DNA from: Fibrobacteria bacterium
Lineage (GTDB): Bacteria > Fibrobacterota > Fibrobacteria > UBA11236 > JADFYW01
Direction of reading: 5' to 3'
DNA length: 64,000 bases
NCBI GenBank assembly: GCA_050294405.1
Contig: JBNKOC010000028.1
Location: 96,001 to 160,000 of the forward strand
Part shown: one piece after another, positions 18,136 through 28,945 of the stretch
Layout of the letters: every line of letters begins with the position of its first letter
Position numbering within the stretch: the first letter of the stretch is position 1
Program-made: the position numbers and the translations under genes
Notes under the pieces: generated by a model
The model's database searches: none
Seen by the model: the letters and a program-made list of their open reading frames with translations, nothing else
Told to the model about the DNA's origin: nothing

Positions 18136-18964
18136 GGTAGTGGTGGATTATAAAATCTTTGAATTTTTCGGGTAATATGTTATTGAGAAAAAATAATTTT
18201 TTAGCCTGGGGGCCGGCGAATATTCGAATGGGAAAACTCATGGAAAGAGTCACCTTTAAAATGAGCTGGGCGACTTCTTTTGCTTGGTAGCTTTTGGGAT
18301 TATTATCCTGGCTGTGATCCAAAAAGGGCGCCATTTTGCGTTTGTAATAAGAGGGTTCGTCCTGGCTGGGCGAGAGGCGTTGGTGAAATTCCGAAACCAC
18401 CCAACCCGGTTCTATTACATGGACCCGAATTCCCAGGGGTTTTAATTCTCTGGCAAAAGAGCGGGTAAAAGCGCTAAGGCCTGCTTTGGAGGCGGAATAG
18501 TGGGCCTTAAAGGGAAACTGTATGTCCGAAACAATGGAGCCCAGGTTAATTATTAGTCCAGCTTTATTTTGGCGGAACTTTTGTGCGGCTAATTTGCAGA
18601 TAAAAACCGGGGCCATAAAATTTATTTCCATCATGTGACGCAGCCAGTCCATAGGGGTGCCCTCCACAGATGCCACTTCGCCCATCCCCGCATTATTTAT
18701 CACCAAGTCAAAGTCATTTTCTTCGAAGATTTTTTGGATTTCATTTTGGTAGTTTTCGGCTTTAGAAAAATTAAGCTCCAGTAATTTTCCCTTCTGGGGA
18801 GAAACAAAACCCTCCCAGTTTTTTTCACCGCGGGGCAAATTGGTGGTGGTTCCCAGCACAAAATACCCGTTTTTGGACAACAATTTTGCGGTTTCCAGGC
18901 CAATTCCAGAGCTGGCACCTGTAATAAAGGCTTTTTTTAAATTTTGAGCTTGTTGGTTTTTCAT
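18113..18964 (-). CDS. Short-chain dehydrogenase/reductase
   Basis: TGASSGIG, NNAG, YSASK. Confidence 0.9.
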   Translation of the reverse strand: MKNQQAQNLKKAFITGASSGIGLETAKLLSKNGYFVLGTTTNLPRGEKNWEGFVSPQKGKLLELNFSKAENYQNEIQKIFEENDFDLVINNAGMGEVASVEGTPMDWLRHMMEINFMAPVFICKLAAQKFRQNKAGLIINLGSIVSDIQFPFKAHYSASKAGLSAFTRSFARELKPLGIRVHVIEPGWVVSEFHQRLSPSQDEPSYYKRKMAPFLDHSQDNNPKSYQAKEVAQLILKVTLSMSFPIRIFAGPQAKKLFFLNNILPEKFKDFIIHHYLEKKSSS

Positions 18965-19077
18965 AAAAAGACTTTTTGCCTTATGAGAATTTTATAAAAT
19001 AATAGAATAAGACCCCAGAAAAAATACCGGGGTTAAGTTAAATCGAAAATGCTAACTTTGATTTAAGTTGAAGGTAT

Positions 19078-20319
19078 ATGTACAGCTATTTTATTGAAGC
19101 CAGAAATCTCTTTAACCAGAACAAATATCAGGAGTCCTTAAAAGTTCTGGAAGAGGGGTTAAATATTGAGCCGCAAAACACATCGCTTTTGGGATTTAAG
19201 GCTTTGTGTAAATTTAAAATGCGCATGTATAGCGAGGCTGAGCTGCTTATTAAGGAAACCCTTAAAATCGATCCCAATAACGATTTTGCTTACTATGTAT
19301 GGGGTAGCATGGAAATGGAGCTTGACCGTTTTCCAGTGGCTAAGGAAAAAATCAACAGCGCCATCGATATTAATCCTTTGAACTCCGAATATTACGGGGT
19401 TTTAGCCCTGATTATGTATAACAACCACGAGAATTTGGAGGAGATTCGGAAAGTCACCCGCATGGGGCTTAATTTTGATCCGGAAAACAATGTTTGCCAA
19501 AATGTTTTGGCCATGGCCGAAATGCGGGCAGGCAAAAGAAAGCTGGCTGCTAACATCCTGGATATACATTTGGAAAAAGATCCGGAAAACGCTCTTTCTT
19601 TGGCCAACCAAGGTTGGAACTATTTGCACCTTCGGGATTTTGATAAGTCCAAAAGCTATTTCACTAAGGCCTTAAAGTTGGACCCTTCCAACAATTGGGC
19701 TCTTTATGGCTTGCTCACCGCTACCAAAACAAAAATTCCTTTATATAAGTATTGGTTATCTTTCTTTTTGAAATTTGCCAATTGGCCTCCGGAAAAAAGG
19801 CTAAAAATATTTTTTGGAAGCCTTTTGGTTTTAGGACTGGGAAGTTTTGTTCCAGGCATACCGGGGCTTGTTTTTTCCGTGGCCTTTGCAATATATGCTT
19901 TAAGCATATACATCATATGGAGTCTTGGCGCAGGACTTAATTTGGGCCTTGGATTTTTTAGTTATTCCGGGCGTTTTTTAAAAAAATCCGACAAATTACA
20001 ATACGCTGTGACCACTTTGTTTTCGGCTACGACGCTTGGGTTTTTAGCCAGTTACCTCGCTTTTGGGCAAAGCTGGCTGGGTTACAGCGCCCTGGTCTCT
20101 TTTATTTTGTCACTACCTGCTTCGGTGGTGGTGCAGGAAAACCACCGTTTGCCCAAATGGTTGGCGGCCAGTTTTGTAGCTGTAATGGGAATTCTGGGTG
20201 TTAGCGTATGTTATTTGGCTTTTTTACAAAAAGACGTATCAAAGGGAATGCAGATTTTTACCCTAGCTGCATTGGGGTTTAGCCTTTCAACTTTTATTTG
20301 GAAAAAGAAGAAGCGCTAA
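19078..20319 (+). CDS. TPR-repeat protein with C-terminal membrane domain
   Basis: Repeated A...L..DP.N TPR units followed by about 6 TM helices. Confidence 0.8.
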   Translation: MYSYFIEARNLFNQNKYQESLKVLEEGLNIEPQNTSLLGFKALCKFKMRMYSEAELLIKETLKIDPNNDFAYYVWGSMEMELDRFPVAKEKINSAIDINPLNSEYYGVLALIMYNNHENLEEIRKVTRMGLNFDPENNVCQNVLAMAEMRAGKRKLAANILDIHLEKDPENALSLANQGWNYLHLRDFDKSKSYFTKALKLDPSNNWALYGLLTATKTKIPLYKYWLSFFLKFANWPPEKRLKIFFGSLLVLGLGSFVPGIPGLVFSVAFAIYALSIYIIWSLGAGLNLGLGFFSYSGRFLKKSDKLQYAVTTLFSATTLGFLASYLAFGQSWLGYSALVSFILSLPASVVVQENHRLPKWLAASFVAVMGILGVSVCYLAFLQKDVSKGMQIFTLAALGFSLSTFIWKKKKR

Positions 20320-21265
20320 CCAAGCCAAAGGCGATTCCCTTTTCCACATAGGCCGATTCGCCAATAAAAATAGGGCATATTTTTTCTCCGGCCACAATTT
20401 TTTCTATTAGGGATGAAGGGAACAAAGGGCCTGCTTCCAGAAAAAATTCTTTTCCCTGGGAGTCGATGAATATGGCTTGTCCCAGCTTTAAGGGCGAATA
20501 ATCCTTGTGCAAAAAATCGGGATGTATATAGGCAATGGGAACCCCCTTGGAATCTCGCGGGTAGTCTACGGTTTGCTTTTCGAAGATATATATTGGTGAC
20601 TCCTTAAAATTTAATTGCGAGGCCTCTTTCCCATTTAATTCACTAACGGATTGTATAATGTGCTTGATATTAATGAGGGCTTCTAAAATTTTGGGATGCT
20701 TGGCCACTCCTTGTTCGATGGGCCCCATTTCCAAAGTTACATGATTTAAGGCTAGAGCGCTAGAAGTGAGTTCCTCTTTACGCTCGACTTTTTCATAAAT
20801 TAAATAGCTGTTGGGAATTCGCTCTAACATCTTTTGAGCCAGGGCTTGTGTCCAGGGATCGCTGTCGGTAACAATCAGGCAATTGCCCATATTAGCCGTG
20901 GTTGTATGCAAATCTATAACAAAATCAACAGGTTTTTCCAGAGCCCCAATTTCTTTGCGGATTTCAAAAGCCCGGTTAATTTCATATACATTGCTCTTGG
21001 CAGATTGGGGAGGTCTTTCGTAATCGTATTGATAGCTTCGGTTTAAATCTTTTTCCACATAGCGGGTGTTTTTCAAAATAGCCCGGGAATTGGCAAAAAT
21101 GGGATGGATATTTTCAATGTCTCCCATTTTAAATTCATCCAAATGGCTATTTATGTATTGCAATGCATGAAGACCGGTGCGCTCGTTGCCATGAGTGCCT
21201 CCCAAAATGTGGATTTGGGTTATGTTGCGGCTATCAGTATATTGGCCTCTTTTCGGCAGAATCAT
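20294..21265 (-). CDS. Aspartoacylase (AstE/AspA family)
   Basis: GGTHGNE.TG, RY.EKDLNR, IDLHTTTANMG, E.GP..QG, FI.E.AY.EK. Confidence 0.88.
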   Translation of the reverse strand: MILPKRGQYTDSRNITQIHILGGTHGNERTGLHALQYINSHLDEFKMGDIENIHPIFANSRAILKNTRYVEKDLNRSYQYDYERPPQSAKSNVYEINRAFEIRKEIGALEKPVDFVIDLHTTTANMGNCLIVTDSDPWTQALAQKMLERIPNSYLIYEKVERKEELTSSALALNHVTLEMGPIEQGVAKHPKILEALINIKHIIQSVSELNGKEASQLNFKESPIYIFEKQTVDYPRDSKGVPIAYIHPDFLHKDYSPLKLGQAIFIDSQGKEFFLEAGPLFPSSLIEKIVAGEKICPIFIGESAYVEKGIAFGLVSASSFSK

Positions 21266-21268
21266 GAT

Positions 21269-23035
21269 TTACCTCGGCTTACCTGCCACATTGTCGTAGG
21301 CTTGGATAATATCTTGATATTTTAGCATTCCCAAAACCTGCTGGTTTTCATCTACTACAGGAAGCTCAATTTGGTTGCTGCGCAAAAAAATCTGTGAGGC
21401 CTGATGCAAGTCCAGTTCCGGGGCCAATGTATAAAGAGGGGTCATCATATCTTCAACAATAACCAAATTGTAGGTAGATGTTTGTAAAACCACTTTGCGC
21501 AGCTGATTCATGCCTAAAAGACCCACCAACTTTTCTTCCTGGCTCAAAACGGGGAATACATCAACCTCTGTTTCTTCCAGAAACTTTTTAATGTCATATA
21601 TGCTGTCGTTAATATGTACAAATTCAATTTTGGATTCGGGATCCAGAATGGAAGAAACCGCAATGGATTGCAAAACATCGGTGTTTAAATCCTCTTTGTG
21701 CACAGGAGATTCAAATTTGTTTAACAGCTGGTTTTTATATATGCTCCATTTCCTGGATAGGGTAAGATGTATAATACTGGCAAACATAAGGGGCGCTAAT
21801 AGCTTATAGTTTCCGGTTATCTCACATACCATAATAATAGAAGCAATGGGGGCGTTGGCAATACCGGCGAAAAAGGCGCCCATGCCCACCAATACATAAG
21901 CTGAGGGGTTGGTAATAGCCTCTGGAAAAATAGCTTCCATGCCATAGCCATAGGCCGCACCCAGCATTCCTCCAATAAATAAGGAAGGCCCAAAAACCCC
22001 ACCTGAACCTCCAGAGCCAACAGTAAGTGAGGTAGTTACAATTTTAAATCCGGCAATCATGATTAAAACGGAAATGGCGAATTCTCCATTAATGGCGGAT
22101 TCCAGATGCATCCAACCACCGCCAATGGCCTGAGGGCAAATGTAAGCGATTAATCCCACTCCAAGGCCACCAATGGCTGGTTTAAAATGGGGTTTGATGT
22201 TTAATTTTTTAAAGTGGTTTACACAGAAGTAAAAGACTTCCACAAAAATTTTGGAAACAGGCGCGCATACCACACCTAAAATCCCGAATAAAATGAGCTC
22301 TGAAGGATTGGTAAAAGCCATTTCAGGAATTTTAAAAATGGCCCCGGCAGCATGGGTTATTTGGGTAAAGGTGGCGTAGGCAACTACAGAAGCTACAATA
22401 CAAGGCAAAAAACCTTCGGATTCAAAATCTTCTTTATAAATAACTTCTACCGAAGTAAGCGCTCCTCCCAACGGGGCTCTGAAGATGGCTCCCAGGCCAG
22501 CGGCTGTGCCGGATAACAAAAGCAAGCGTCTCATTTTGAGAGGAATTCTGGCAGCTCTGGATAAAATAGAGCCAATTCCCGCTCCAATTTGAGCCGTGGG
22601 GCCTTCGTACCCTGCGCTCCCACCTGTGGCAATAGTCAAAATGGAAGTGATAGCTTTAACAAAGGGCACCCGCGTGCGCACTTTTCCACCTTTGTTGTGG
22701 AAATTATCTATCATGGCATCGGTGCCATGGCCTTCTGTTTCGGGGGCGAGGCTGTATACTAACAACCCGGATAATAGCCCTCCCACTGTGGGCACCAAAA
22801 AAAACAGCCAGGGGCTGGCCCAATGGTTTTTAATATCCTCTAAGCTGGATAAGCCACCCACAATATGGTTCTTGGCCCAATCCAGCCCATGGTGAAATCC
22901 CACGGCGCATATTCCTCCGAATATACCTACTCCAATGGCCAATAGAAGCAATTGACCAGAACTGCGAATGTAGGTGCTCCTATCCCAATTGCGGAAAAAA
23001 ACCTGGAATTGCGTTATTATGGTGGGGTTTTTCAT
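21269..23035 (-). CDS. ClC chloride channel/transporter with CBS pair
   Basis: GSAGYEGP, FRAPLGG, GGSGGVFGP, C-terminal CBS domains. Confidence 0.92.
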   Translation of the reverse strand: MKNPTIITQFQVFFRNWDRSTYIRSSGQLLLLAIGVGIFGGICAVGFHHGLDWAKNHIVGGLSSLEDIKNHWASPWLFFLVPTVGGLLSGLLVYSLAPETEGHGTDAMIDNFHNKGGKVRTRVPFVKAITSILTIATGGSAGYEGPTAQIGAGIGSILSRAARIPLKMRRLLLLSGTAAGLGAIFRAPLGGALTSVEVIYKEDFESEGFLPCIVASVVAYATFTQITHAAGAIFKIPEMAFTNPSELILFGILGVVCAPVSKIFVEVFYFCVNHFKKLNIKPHFKPAIGGLGVGLIAYICPQAIGGGWMHLESAINGEFAISVLIMIAGFKIVTTSLTVGSGGSGGVFGPSLFIGGMLGAAYGYGMEAIFPEAITNPSAYVLVGMGAFFAGIANAPIASIIMVCEITGNYKLLAPLMFASIIHLTLSRKWSIYKNQLLNKFESPVHKEDLNTDVLQSIAVSSILDPESKIEFVHINDSIYDIKKFLEETEVDVFPVLSQEEKLVGLLGMNQLRKVVLQTSTYNLVIVEDMMTPLYTLAPELDLHQASQIFLRSNQIELPVVDENQQVLGMLKYQDIIQAYDNVAGKPR

Positions 23036-23146
23036 TAAAAATCTATAACCTGAGCTGCAAAAGTTAATAAAATCCCACTTGTATTGGATTAAACCTTTAA
23101 ATGATGGGGAAAAAATCTATAACTAGGAAAAACATTTGGAGTATTT

Positions 23147-24580
23147 ATGTCTTCTGCTTACGAAAATCCATTAATTAGCCGCTATGCTTCTGGCGAAATG
23201 AGCCAGATTTTTTCCTCTGATTTTAAATTCCAAACTTGGCGCAAGTTGTGGATTCATTTGGCCGAATCAGAAAAAGAATTGGGGCTTCCCATTAGCCAGG
23301 AGCAAATTGACGAGATGAAAGCCCATATTAGCCCCATAAACTATGAGGAGGCTAAAAAAAGGGAAAAAGAAGTTCGCCACGATGTTATGGCTCATGTTTA
23401 TGCTTTTGGGCTTCATTGTCCGGCAGCAGCGGGAATAATCCATTTGGGCGCCACCTCTTGTTATGTGGGAGACAACACCGATTTAATTCAGATGAAAGAG
23501 GCCTTGTTACTGGTTAAAAGCCGCTTGATGTTGCTAATTAAAAATTTGCGTGATTTTGCCGTAGAATACAAATCCATGCCCACTTTGGGCTTTACCCATT
23601 ACCAGCCTGCCCAATTGGTAACAGTTGGAAAAAGGGCCTGCTTGTGGATACAGGAGTTAATGCTGGATTTGGAAAACTTAAATCATGTTATCGATAATCT
23701 TCCCTTTAGGGGAGTTAAGGGAACCACAGGCACCCAGGCCAGTTTTTTGGAATTGTTTGATGGAGATCATGAAAAGGTCCGAAAGCTGGATGAAGAGGTG
23801 ACTCGCAAATGTGGTTTTCGCCGAAAGTTAACTATTACCGGCCAAACTTATACCCGGAAAATCGATTCCTTTGTTTTATCTTCCCTTTCGAATATAGCCC
23901 AAAGCCTTTCCAAGTTTTCCACAGACATACGTTTGTTGCAAAATTTAAAGGAAGTGGAAGAGCCCTTTGAAAAATCTCAGATAGGGTCTTCAGCCATGGC
24001 CTATAAAAGAAACCCAATGCGTTCCGAGAGAATTGGTTCTTTGGCCCGTTTTGTGGAGTCTTTAACTCATAGCACAGCCTTTACCGCTTCCACCCAATGG
24101 TTTGAGCGCACGCTGGATGATTCTGCAAATAAAAGACTGGCTGTTCCTCAGGCTTTTTTAGCTATGGACGCCATGTTAATATTGGCTAACAACGTATCTT
24201 CTGGGTTTGTGGTCTATCCCAAAGTAATACATAAAAGGGTCATGGAGGAGCTGCCCTTTATGGCTACGGAAAATGTAATTATGGCCTCTGTAAAAAAAGG
24301 CGGTAACCGCCAGGAGTTGCATGAAAGAATTCGCAGCCATTCCATGGAAGCTGGCAAACGGGTAAAACAAGATGGTTTGAACAATGATTTAATTGATAGG
24401 ATTATCGCTGACCCCGAGATACCAGTAGGTGCAGAGGATTTGTCGGGAATCTTGTCTCCCGAAAAATATGTGGGTAGAAGCCCGGAGTTGGTGGATGAAT
24501 TTATTTCCAAGGAAGTGGATCCCCTGCTAGACTCGGATTCCAGCTGGAAAGAATTGGCCGAGCAGGAGTTAAAGGTTTAG
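23147..24580 (+). CDS. purB: Adenylosuccinate lyase
   Basis: RHDVMAHV, HLGATS, GSSAMAYKRNPMRSE, WFERTLDDSA. Confidence 0.96.
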   Translation: MSSAYENPLISRYASGEMSQIFSSDFKFQTWRKLWIHLAESEKELGLPISQEQIDEMKAHISPINYEEAKKREKEVRHDVMAHVYAFGLHCPAAAGIIHLGATSCYVGDNTDLIQMKEALLLVKSRLMLLIKNLRDFAVEYKSMPTLGFTHYQPAQLVTVGKRACLWIQELMLDLENLNHVIDNLPFRGVKGTTGTQASFLELFDGDHEKVRKLDEEVTRKCGFRRKLTITGQTYTRKIDSFVLSSLSNIAQSLSKFSTDIRLLQNLKEVEEPFEKSQIGSSAMAYKRNPMRSERIGSLARFVESLTHSTAFTASTQWFERTLDDSANKRLAVPQAFLAMDAMLILANNVSSGFVVYPKVIHKRVMEELPFMATENVIMASVKKGGNRQELHERIRSHSMEAGKRVKQDGLNNDLIDRIIADPEIPVGAEDLSGILSPEKYVGRSPELVDEFISKEVDPLLDSDSSWKELAEQELKV

Positions 24581-24948
24581 GGCAAGCCTATTTTTTCCAC
24601 CACCATTCCCACCAGGTCGTTGCGACGGTAGGGTTTATTAATGTAGCCACAGAAGGTCTTAAACTTGGAGCATTGTTCCACGTATTTAGAAGTGCTGAGG
24701 TAGGCGCTTGCCACCAGGGTTTTGGTTGGGTTTTCCATTTTATCCAGCTCTTCCATAAAGGCAAAACCGTCCATTTGGGGCATGGATAAATCACAAATAT
24801 GCAGATCAAAAGCTGGTCCTGCTTCGATAGCCCGGAGCCCATCAAGGCCATTTTGAACCCATTCCACTTCATAGCCTTCTTTTTCCAAAAATTTTTTGGC
24901 TATAAAGGCGAGGTTTTTTTCATCTTCTAAAAAAAGAATTCGAGCCAT
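24577..24948 (-). CDS. Single-domain response regulator (receiver)
   Basis: LEDE, DLSMPQMDG, SA, KP. Confidence 0.88.
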   Translation of the reverse strand: MARILFLEDEKNLAFIAKKFLEKEGYEVEWVQNGLDGLRAIEAGPAFDLHICDLSMPQMDGFAFMEELDKMENPTKTLVASAYLSTSKYVEQCSKFKTFCGYINKPYRRNDLVGMVVEKIGLP

Positions 24949-25154
24949 GGTGAAATTTCCCAGGTTTTTGGACTGCTTATGAAATAATTATGGTATTTTC
25001 TGAACTGAGATGCCATCTTCCAAAACATTATCTGGAGGCGGCAAAATGGGGCTCGGCAACCACAAAATTTGGCTTTTTTAAGGGGATTGCTGATAAAAAC
25101 TGGCTTTTTTTTTAACATTACATTTTTGAAAATTAAATCAAAAACGAGGGTTTA

Positions 25155-26309
25155 ATGGAAACACAGGTAAATCAAGAGACATATACAAAAGAAAACCCCT
25201 ATCCGGCCAAACTTTTAAAAAATGTGGCCTTAACTAAAGACGGTTCCAATAAGGAAACCCGACATCTTGAATTGAGTATCAAGGATTCGGGGATTCGCTA
25301 TAGCTGTGGTGATGCCTTGGGAGTGTGGCCGTTAAATGACAGTGATTTTATTCAGGAACTATTGGCTTTGTGCAATTACAACGGTGAAGAAACAGTGGTT
25401 GTTCCCGAAATTGGAGAAGTTAAATTGCTGGATGGGTTAAAAAGCAAATTGAATTTGCAGCGCATCAACCCGGATTTATTGAAGTTTTTAAGTGAAGCTT
25501 GCACCGATGAAATTGAAAAAGCGCTGCTTGATAAAATGCAGGACAGCGCGAACAAAGCTTGGTTTCGAGAGGAGTTTTTAGATGTAATGGATGTTCTTCT
25601 TGAACTGCCCAAAACCAAAATTTCCCCTCAACAATTTGTGAATTCATTAAGCGTTCTGAAACCTCGGCTATATTCTATTGCCTCGTCTCAATTGATGCAT
25701 CCCGATGAAATACATCTAACCGTTGGTGTTAATAACACCGTGTTCAACAATCGTTTGAGAAAAGGTGTTTGCAGCAATTATTTAAGCCATGCGGTTAGCA
25801 TAAACGAAACCATGAATGTTTATATAGCCCCTTCCAAACATTTCCACCTGCCTCAGGAAAAGGGGGTGGATATCATAATGGTTGGACCCGGCACCGGAAT
25901 CGCTCCTTTCAGAGCTTTTATCCAGGAACGTATTGCCTCAAATGATAGCGGGAGAAATTGGCTCTTTTTTGGTGAACAGCGAAAAGAATACGATTACCTC
26001 TATCAGGATGAGTTTGAAGCCTGGCAGCAATCAGGTCAATTGGCAGAACTGGATGTGGCTTTTTCCCGCGACCAGGAGTTCAAAATTTACGTGCAAAATA
26101 AAATGGAAGAAAAATCCTCTGAATTATGGAAATGGCTGGAGGGCGGCGCTTATTTTTACGTTTGTGGAGATGCCCGTCGCATGGCTGTGGATGTGGATAA
26201 CATGCTTCATAGCGTAATCGAAAAAGAAGGTAAAATGTCTGCAGACGATGCCAAAAATTATGTGAAGGCCATGAAAAAAGATAAGAGGTATTTGAGGGAT
26301 ATTTATTAG
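25155..26309 (+). CDS. CysJ-like FAD/NADPH oxidoreductase lacking the flavodoxin domain
   Basis: RLYSIASS, GVCSNYL, MVGPGTGIAPFR, AFSRDQ..K.YVQ, YVCGDA..MA, RY.RDIY. Confidence 0.85.
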   Translation: METQVNQETYTKENPYPAKLLKNVALTKDGSNKETRHLELSIKDSGIRYSCGDALGVWPLNDSDFIQELLALCNYNGEETVVVPEIGEVKLLDGLKSKLNLQRINPDLLKFLSEACTDEIEKALLDKMQDSANKAWFREEFLDVMDVLLELPKTKISPQQFVNSLSVLKPRLYSIASSQLMHPDEIHLTVGVNNTVFNNRLRKGVCSNYLSHAVSINETMNVYIAPSKHFHLPQEKGVDIIMVGPGTGIAPFRAFIQERIASNDSGRNWLFFGEQRKEYDYLYQDEFEAWQQSGQLAELDVAFSRDQEFKIYVQNKMEEKSSELWKWLEGGAYFYVCGDARRMAVDVDNMLHSVIEKEGKMSADDAKNYVKAMKKDKRYLRDIY

Positions 26310-26351
26310 GACCAATCTTTTATTTTGACGGGTTTTACAAAAGGGCTGATT

Positions 26352-27086
26352 TTAATCAGGATGTCGGGCTAAGTAATTCTTAGCCCTTTCTATTTGTGGC
26401 TTTTTATTGATGTAAAAACGATATAGCCCAAAGGTTTTATTAAGTCCAAGCACTTTGCATTCGCTTTCATCGTAAAAATAATTTAGAATTTCTTCAATTT
26501 CATTGGCGCTGTTGACGTGTTCATGGCGCATTAAAACCCCGTAATCCAATTTATATTTTAATTTGAACTCCAGCCCGGTTGTTAGTTTCCAACCAAGTTT
26601 CCATAAAACAGATCCTTCGTTGGGAATGCAGGTTCGCAACTGTCCGTCTTCTTGCAAAATTAAACATGTTTTGGCCACTACTTTAGGCAAGTCCAAAATA
26701 TGTTCAAAGGCTGCGATGGAAATGATTCTTTGGTATTGCTCATTCAAGTCAAGCTGTGAAATGTCCTGGAATATATTTCGAATGTTTTTTAAAAATGGGG
26801 AGTCTGAATATAACTCCTTAAAAGGCTCAATAATATCGTAACAATCGGAGCTTTCAAATTTTAATTGATTTAAGGTTCCTGCCCCAATTTCCAAAGTTTT
26901 TTGAGAGTGTTTTTGCGGAACATCCGAAGCGGCCATTTTATGTAGCCAAGACTCTACTTTTTGAGCCAATCCTGAGGCGGTGGAGCTTCCTTTCCTATTG
27001 TTAATGTATTGTTCTTGATAAATGGCCGCAAAATCTGGGGGTAAGGCTGGGCGTGTCTTTGGAAATTTAGGAAATGGGTTTTCCAT
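26352..27086 (-). CDS. Class I SAM-dependent methyltransferase-like protein
   Basis: TLEIGAG motif I; FEHILD..IPNEG. Confidence 0.7.
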   Translation of the reverse strand: MENPFPKFPKTRPALPPDFAAIYQEQYINNRKGSSTASGLAQKVESWLHKMAASDVPQKHSQKTLEIGAGTLNQLKFESSDCYDIIEPFKELYSDSPFLKNIRNIFQDISQLDLNEQYQRIISIAAFEHILDLPKVVAKTCLILQEDGQLRTCIPNEGSVLWKLGWKLTTGLEFKLKYKLDYGVLMRHEHVNSANEIEEILNYFYDESECKVLGLNKTFGLYRFYINKKPQIERAKNYLARHPD

Positions 27087-27225
27087 AGGATGGTATTTTC
27101 AATTGTACTTTTATTGCAAACCCCAGGGCAAATTATACGGCAAGAAATAATAAATAAAGCACATAAACAGTCGAAATTCTAGAAAAAATTGCATAAAATA
27201 GTTCTTTACCCATAAGTTACCATGT

Positions 27226-28920
27226 ATGAAAATTTTTTACTGCCTCATATTTATTATAGCCGTTGGATTTAGGCTTTATGGAAATAATTGGGGTTTAGTA
27301 ACCGGGGCTCATTTAAATAACATAGGTTACCCGGTAGAGGATAATTTTAAGGCGGATTGGGTTGTTTCTGGATATGTATATGATGAAGAAAGGTTTATGG
27401 GCGCTCTGGATTTCTTCGGAAAATCAAAAAAATATTATAGAGATTGGATATCAGGACAGCTCAGCTTTTTTGAGCTGACAAAATATATTGTTAGTGCAGC
27501 ATGGCCTGGAAGTTTTATGCAAATGAGACCGGTTGGGCCTTACTTTTTTTCATCTACTGCTTGGCTTTGCTATAAAACCGGACAAATTTTTGGAATGCCG
27601 CTTTCGGATAAAAAAGATTTAATAAGCGTGTACTACAAAGCAAACCGAATCATAAATGGAATAATTTCTGCAGCTTCAATGTGGATTTTGCTTATGTACA
27701 TTTTAATGTCAAGAAAGAAAAATTCAAGCAATTGGCTCCCCCTGCTTGCAATAACGATATTTTGCTTCCAACCAGCAAGTGTTGTGCATGGACACTGGGT
27801 TACCTATAATTCACTATTAGCTTTGGCAATACTTTCTGAAATGGCATATTTAAATCTTATTTGTATGCGTGCAGATATATGGAGTAAAAACAAATTTTTA
27901 ATGCACTGCTCAACTTTGTCTTTGCTAATTGGAATATCCATTGCGGCTAAGTTTACTGCAGCAGCTGTGATAATTGTTGGGGCGATTTGCTTTCTTTTGA
28001 AATTCCATTGGGAAAACAAAAATAATTTTAAAATGAAGGATATCATAACCAGTAAATATTTTTTTGGATCCATAATATTGGCGGTTGGCGGATGCCTTGG
28101 ATTTTTGGTTTGCATTTTCCCCATGTTTATTGTGCCAAATGCTCCGGGAATAACATTTAAAGTGGAGGGGGCTGCATATTTTTCACGTACTTTTGTTGCA
28201 GCCCATTATTTTTTAAAGACTTTGCCTGCTGGCATGGGTTGGCCGTTATATATAATAGGATTATTCGGAGTGGCCACTTCACTATACAACTGGAAAAACA
28301 TTTCAATTCATAAAATTTCGCTCATATCTTTAATTGCCATAATGATATTCGCTTTTACTTCAAATTCATTGGGGATGCAGCCCCAACGTTCCCTTACCAT
28401 ATACCTGGCATGGGTAGTGTTTGCCTTTTGGGGCCTTGAATCTCTTTACTGTTTAGAGTGGAAACTATTTTCGCATTTAGTGGCAGCTTATTTGATAATT
28501 GGAGGCGTTTACGCAAGCTCTTTAATCAACTACCAACTTAAAAAAGACTACCCTGGGTATAGAAATAAAATATCAAAATTTATAGTAGATAATATTGATA
28601 ATGGAAGTAATATTTATTTACATACCATTACTAAGCACGGACAGGTTGATGTTAGCTTATATGAAACCCAGGAAAATCCCAAGTATAAAAAATATCAGTA
28701 TCTAGCCCTTTATACCTGGCAGTTGGAAAAAATGGAAAAAATTAACGGATACGCTTTGTATCCCGACAATTGGAACGGGGCGGAAAAGATAGCGACCTAC
28801 CATTCAAGTTTGAAAAAAGAAACAAGATTAATAAGATATTTCCGGATGTTCTTTGGTTACCATCGTGGAGATCAAATAGTAGATGTGCCTTCATTTAGTG
28901 TCTATAAAATAGATGCGTAG
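27226..28920 (+). CDS. Polytopic membrane protein, ArnT/PMT (GT-C)-like glycosyltransferase
   Basis: N-terminal RL...WG...DE, many TMs, G.SIAAKFTA, soluble C-terminal domain. Confidence 0.6.
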   Translation: MKIFYCLIFIIAVGFRLYGNNWGLVTGAHLNNIGYPVEDNFKADWVVSGYVYDEERFMGALDFFGKSKKYYRDWISGQLSFFELTKYIVSAAWPGSFMQMRPVGPYFFSSTAWLCYKTGQIFGMPLSDKKDLISVYYKANRIINGIISAASMWILLMYILMSRKKNSSNWLPLLAITIFCFQPASVVHGHWVTYNSLLALAILSEMAYLNLICMRADIWSKNKFLMHCSTLSLLIGISIAAKFTAAAVIIVGAICFLLKFHWENKNNFKMKDIITSKYFFGSIILAVGGCLGFLVCIFPMFIVPNAPGITFKVEGAAYFSRTFVAAHYFLKTLPAGMGWPLYIIGLFGVATSLYNWKNISIHKISLISLIAIMIFAFTSNSLGMQPQRSLTIYLAWVVFAFWGLESLYCLEWKLFSHLVAAYLIIGGVYASSLINYQLKKDYPGYRNKISKFIVDNIDNGSNIYLHTITKHGQVDVSLYETQENPKYKKYQYLALYTWQLEKMEKINGYALYPDNWNGAEKIATYHSSLKKETRLIRYFRMFFGYHRGDQIVDVPSFSVYKIDA

Positions 28921-28945
28921 TTCAATGTTTTTTTAGTACTTTGAG

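Noticed and set aside
24927..25118. 63-aa ORF upstream of the response regulator
   Set aside because: No motif or clear RBS; occupies a divergent promoter region
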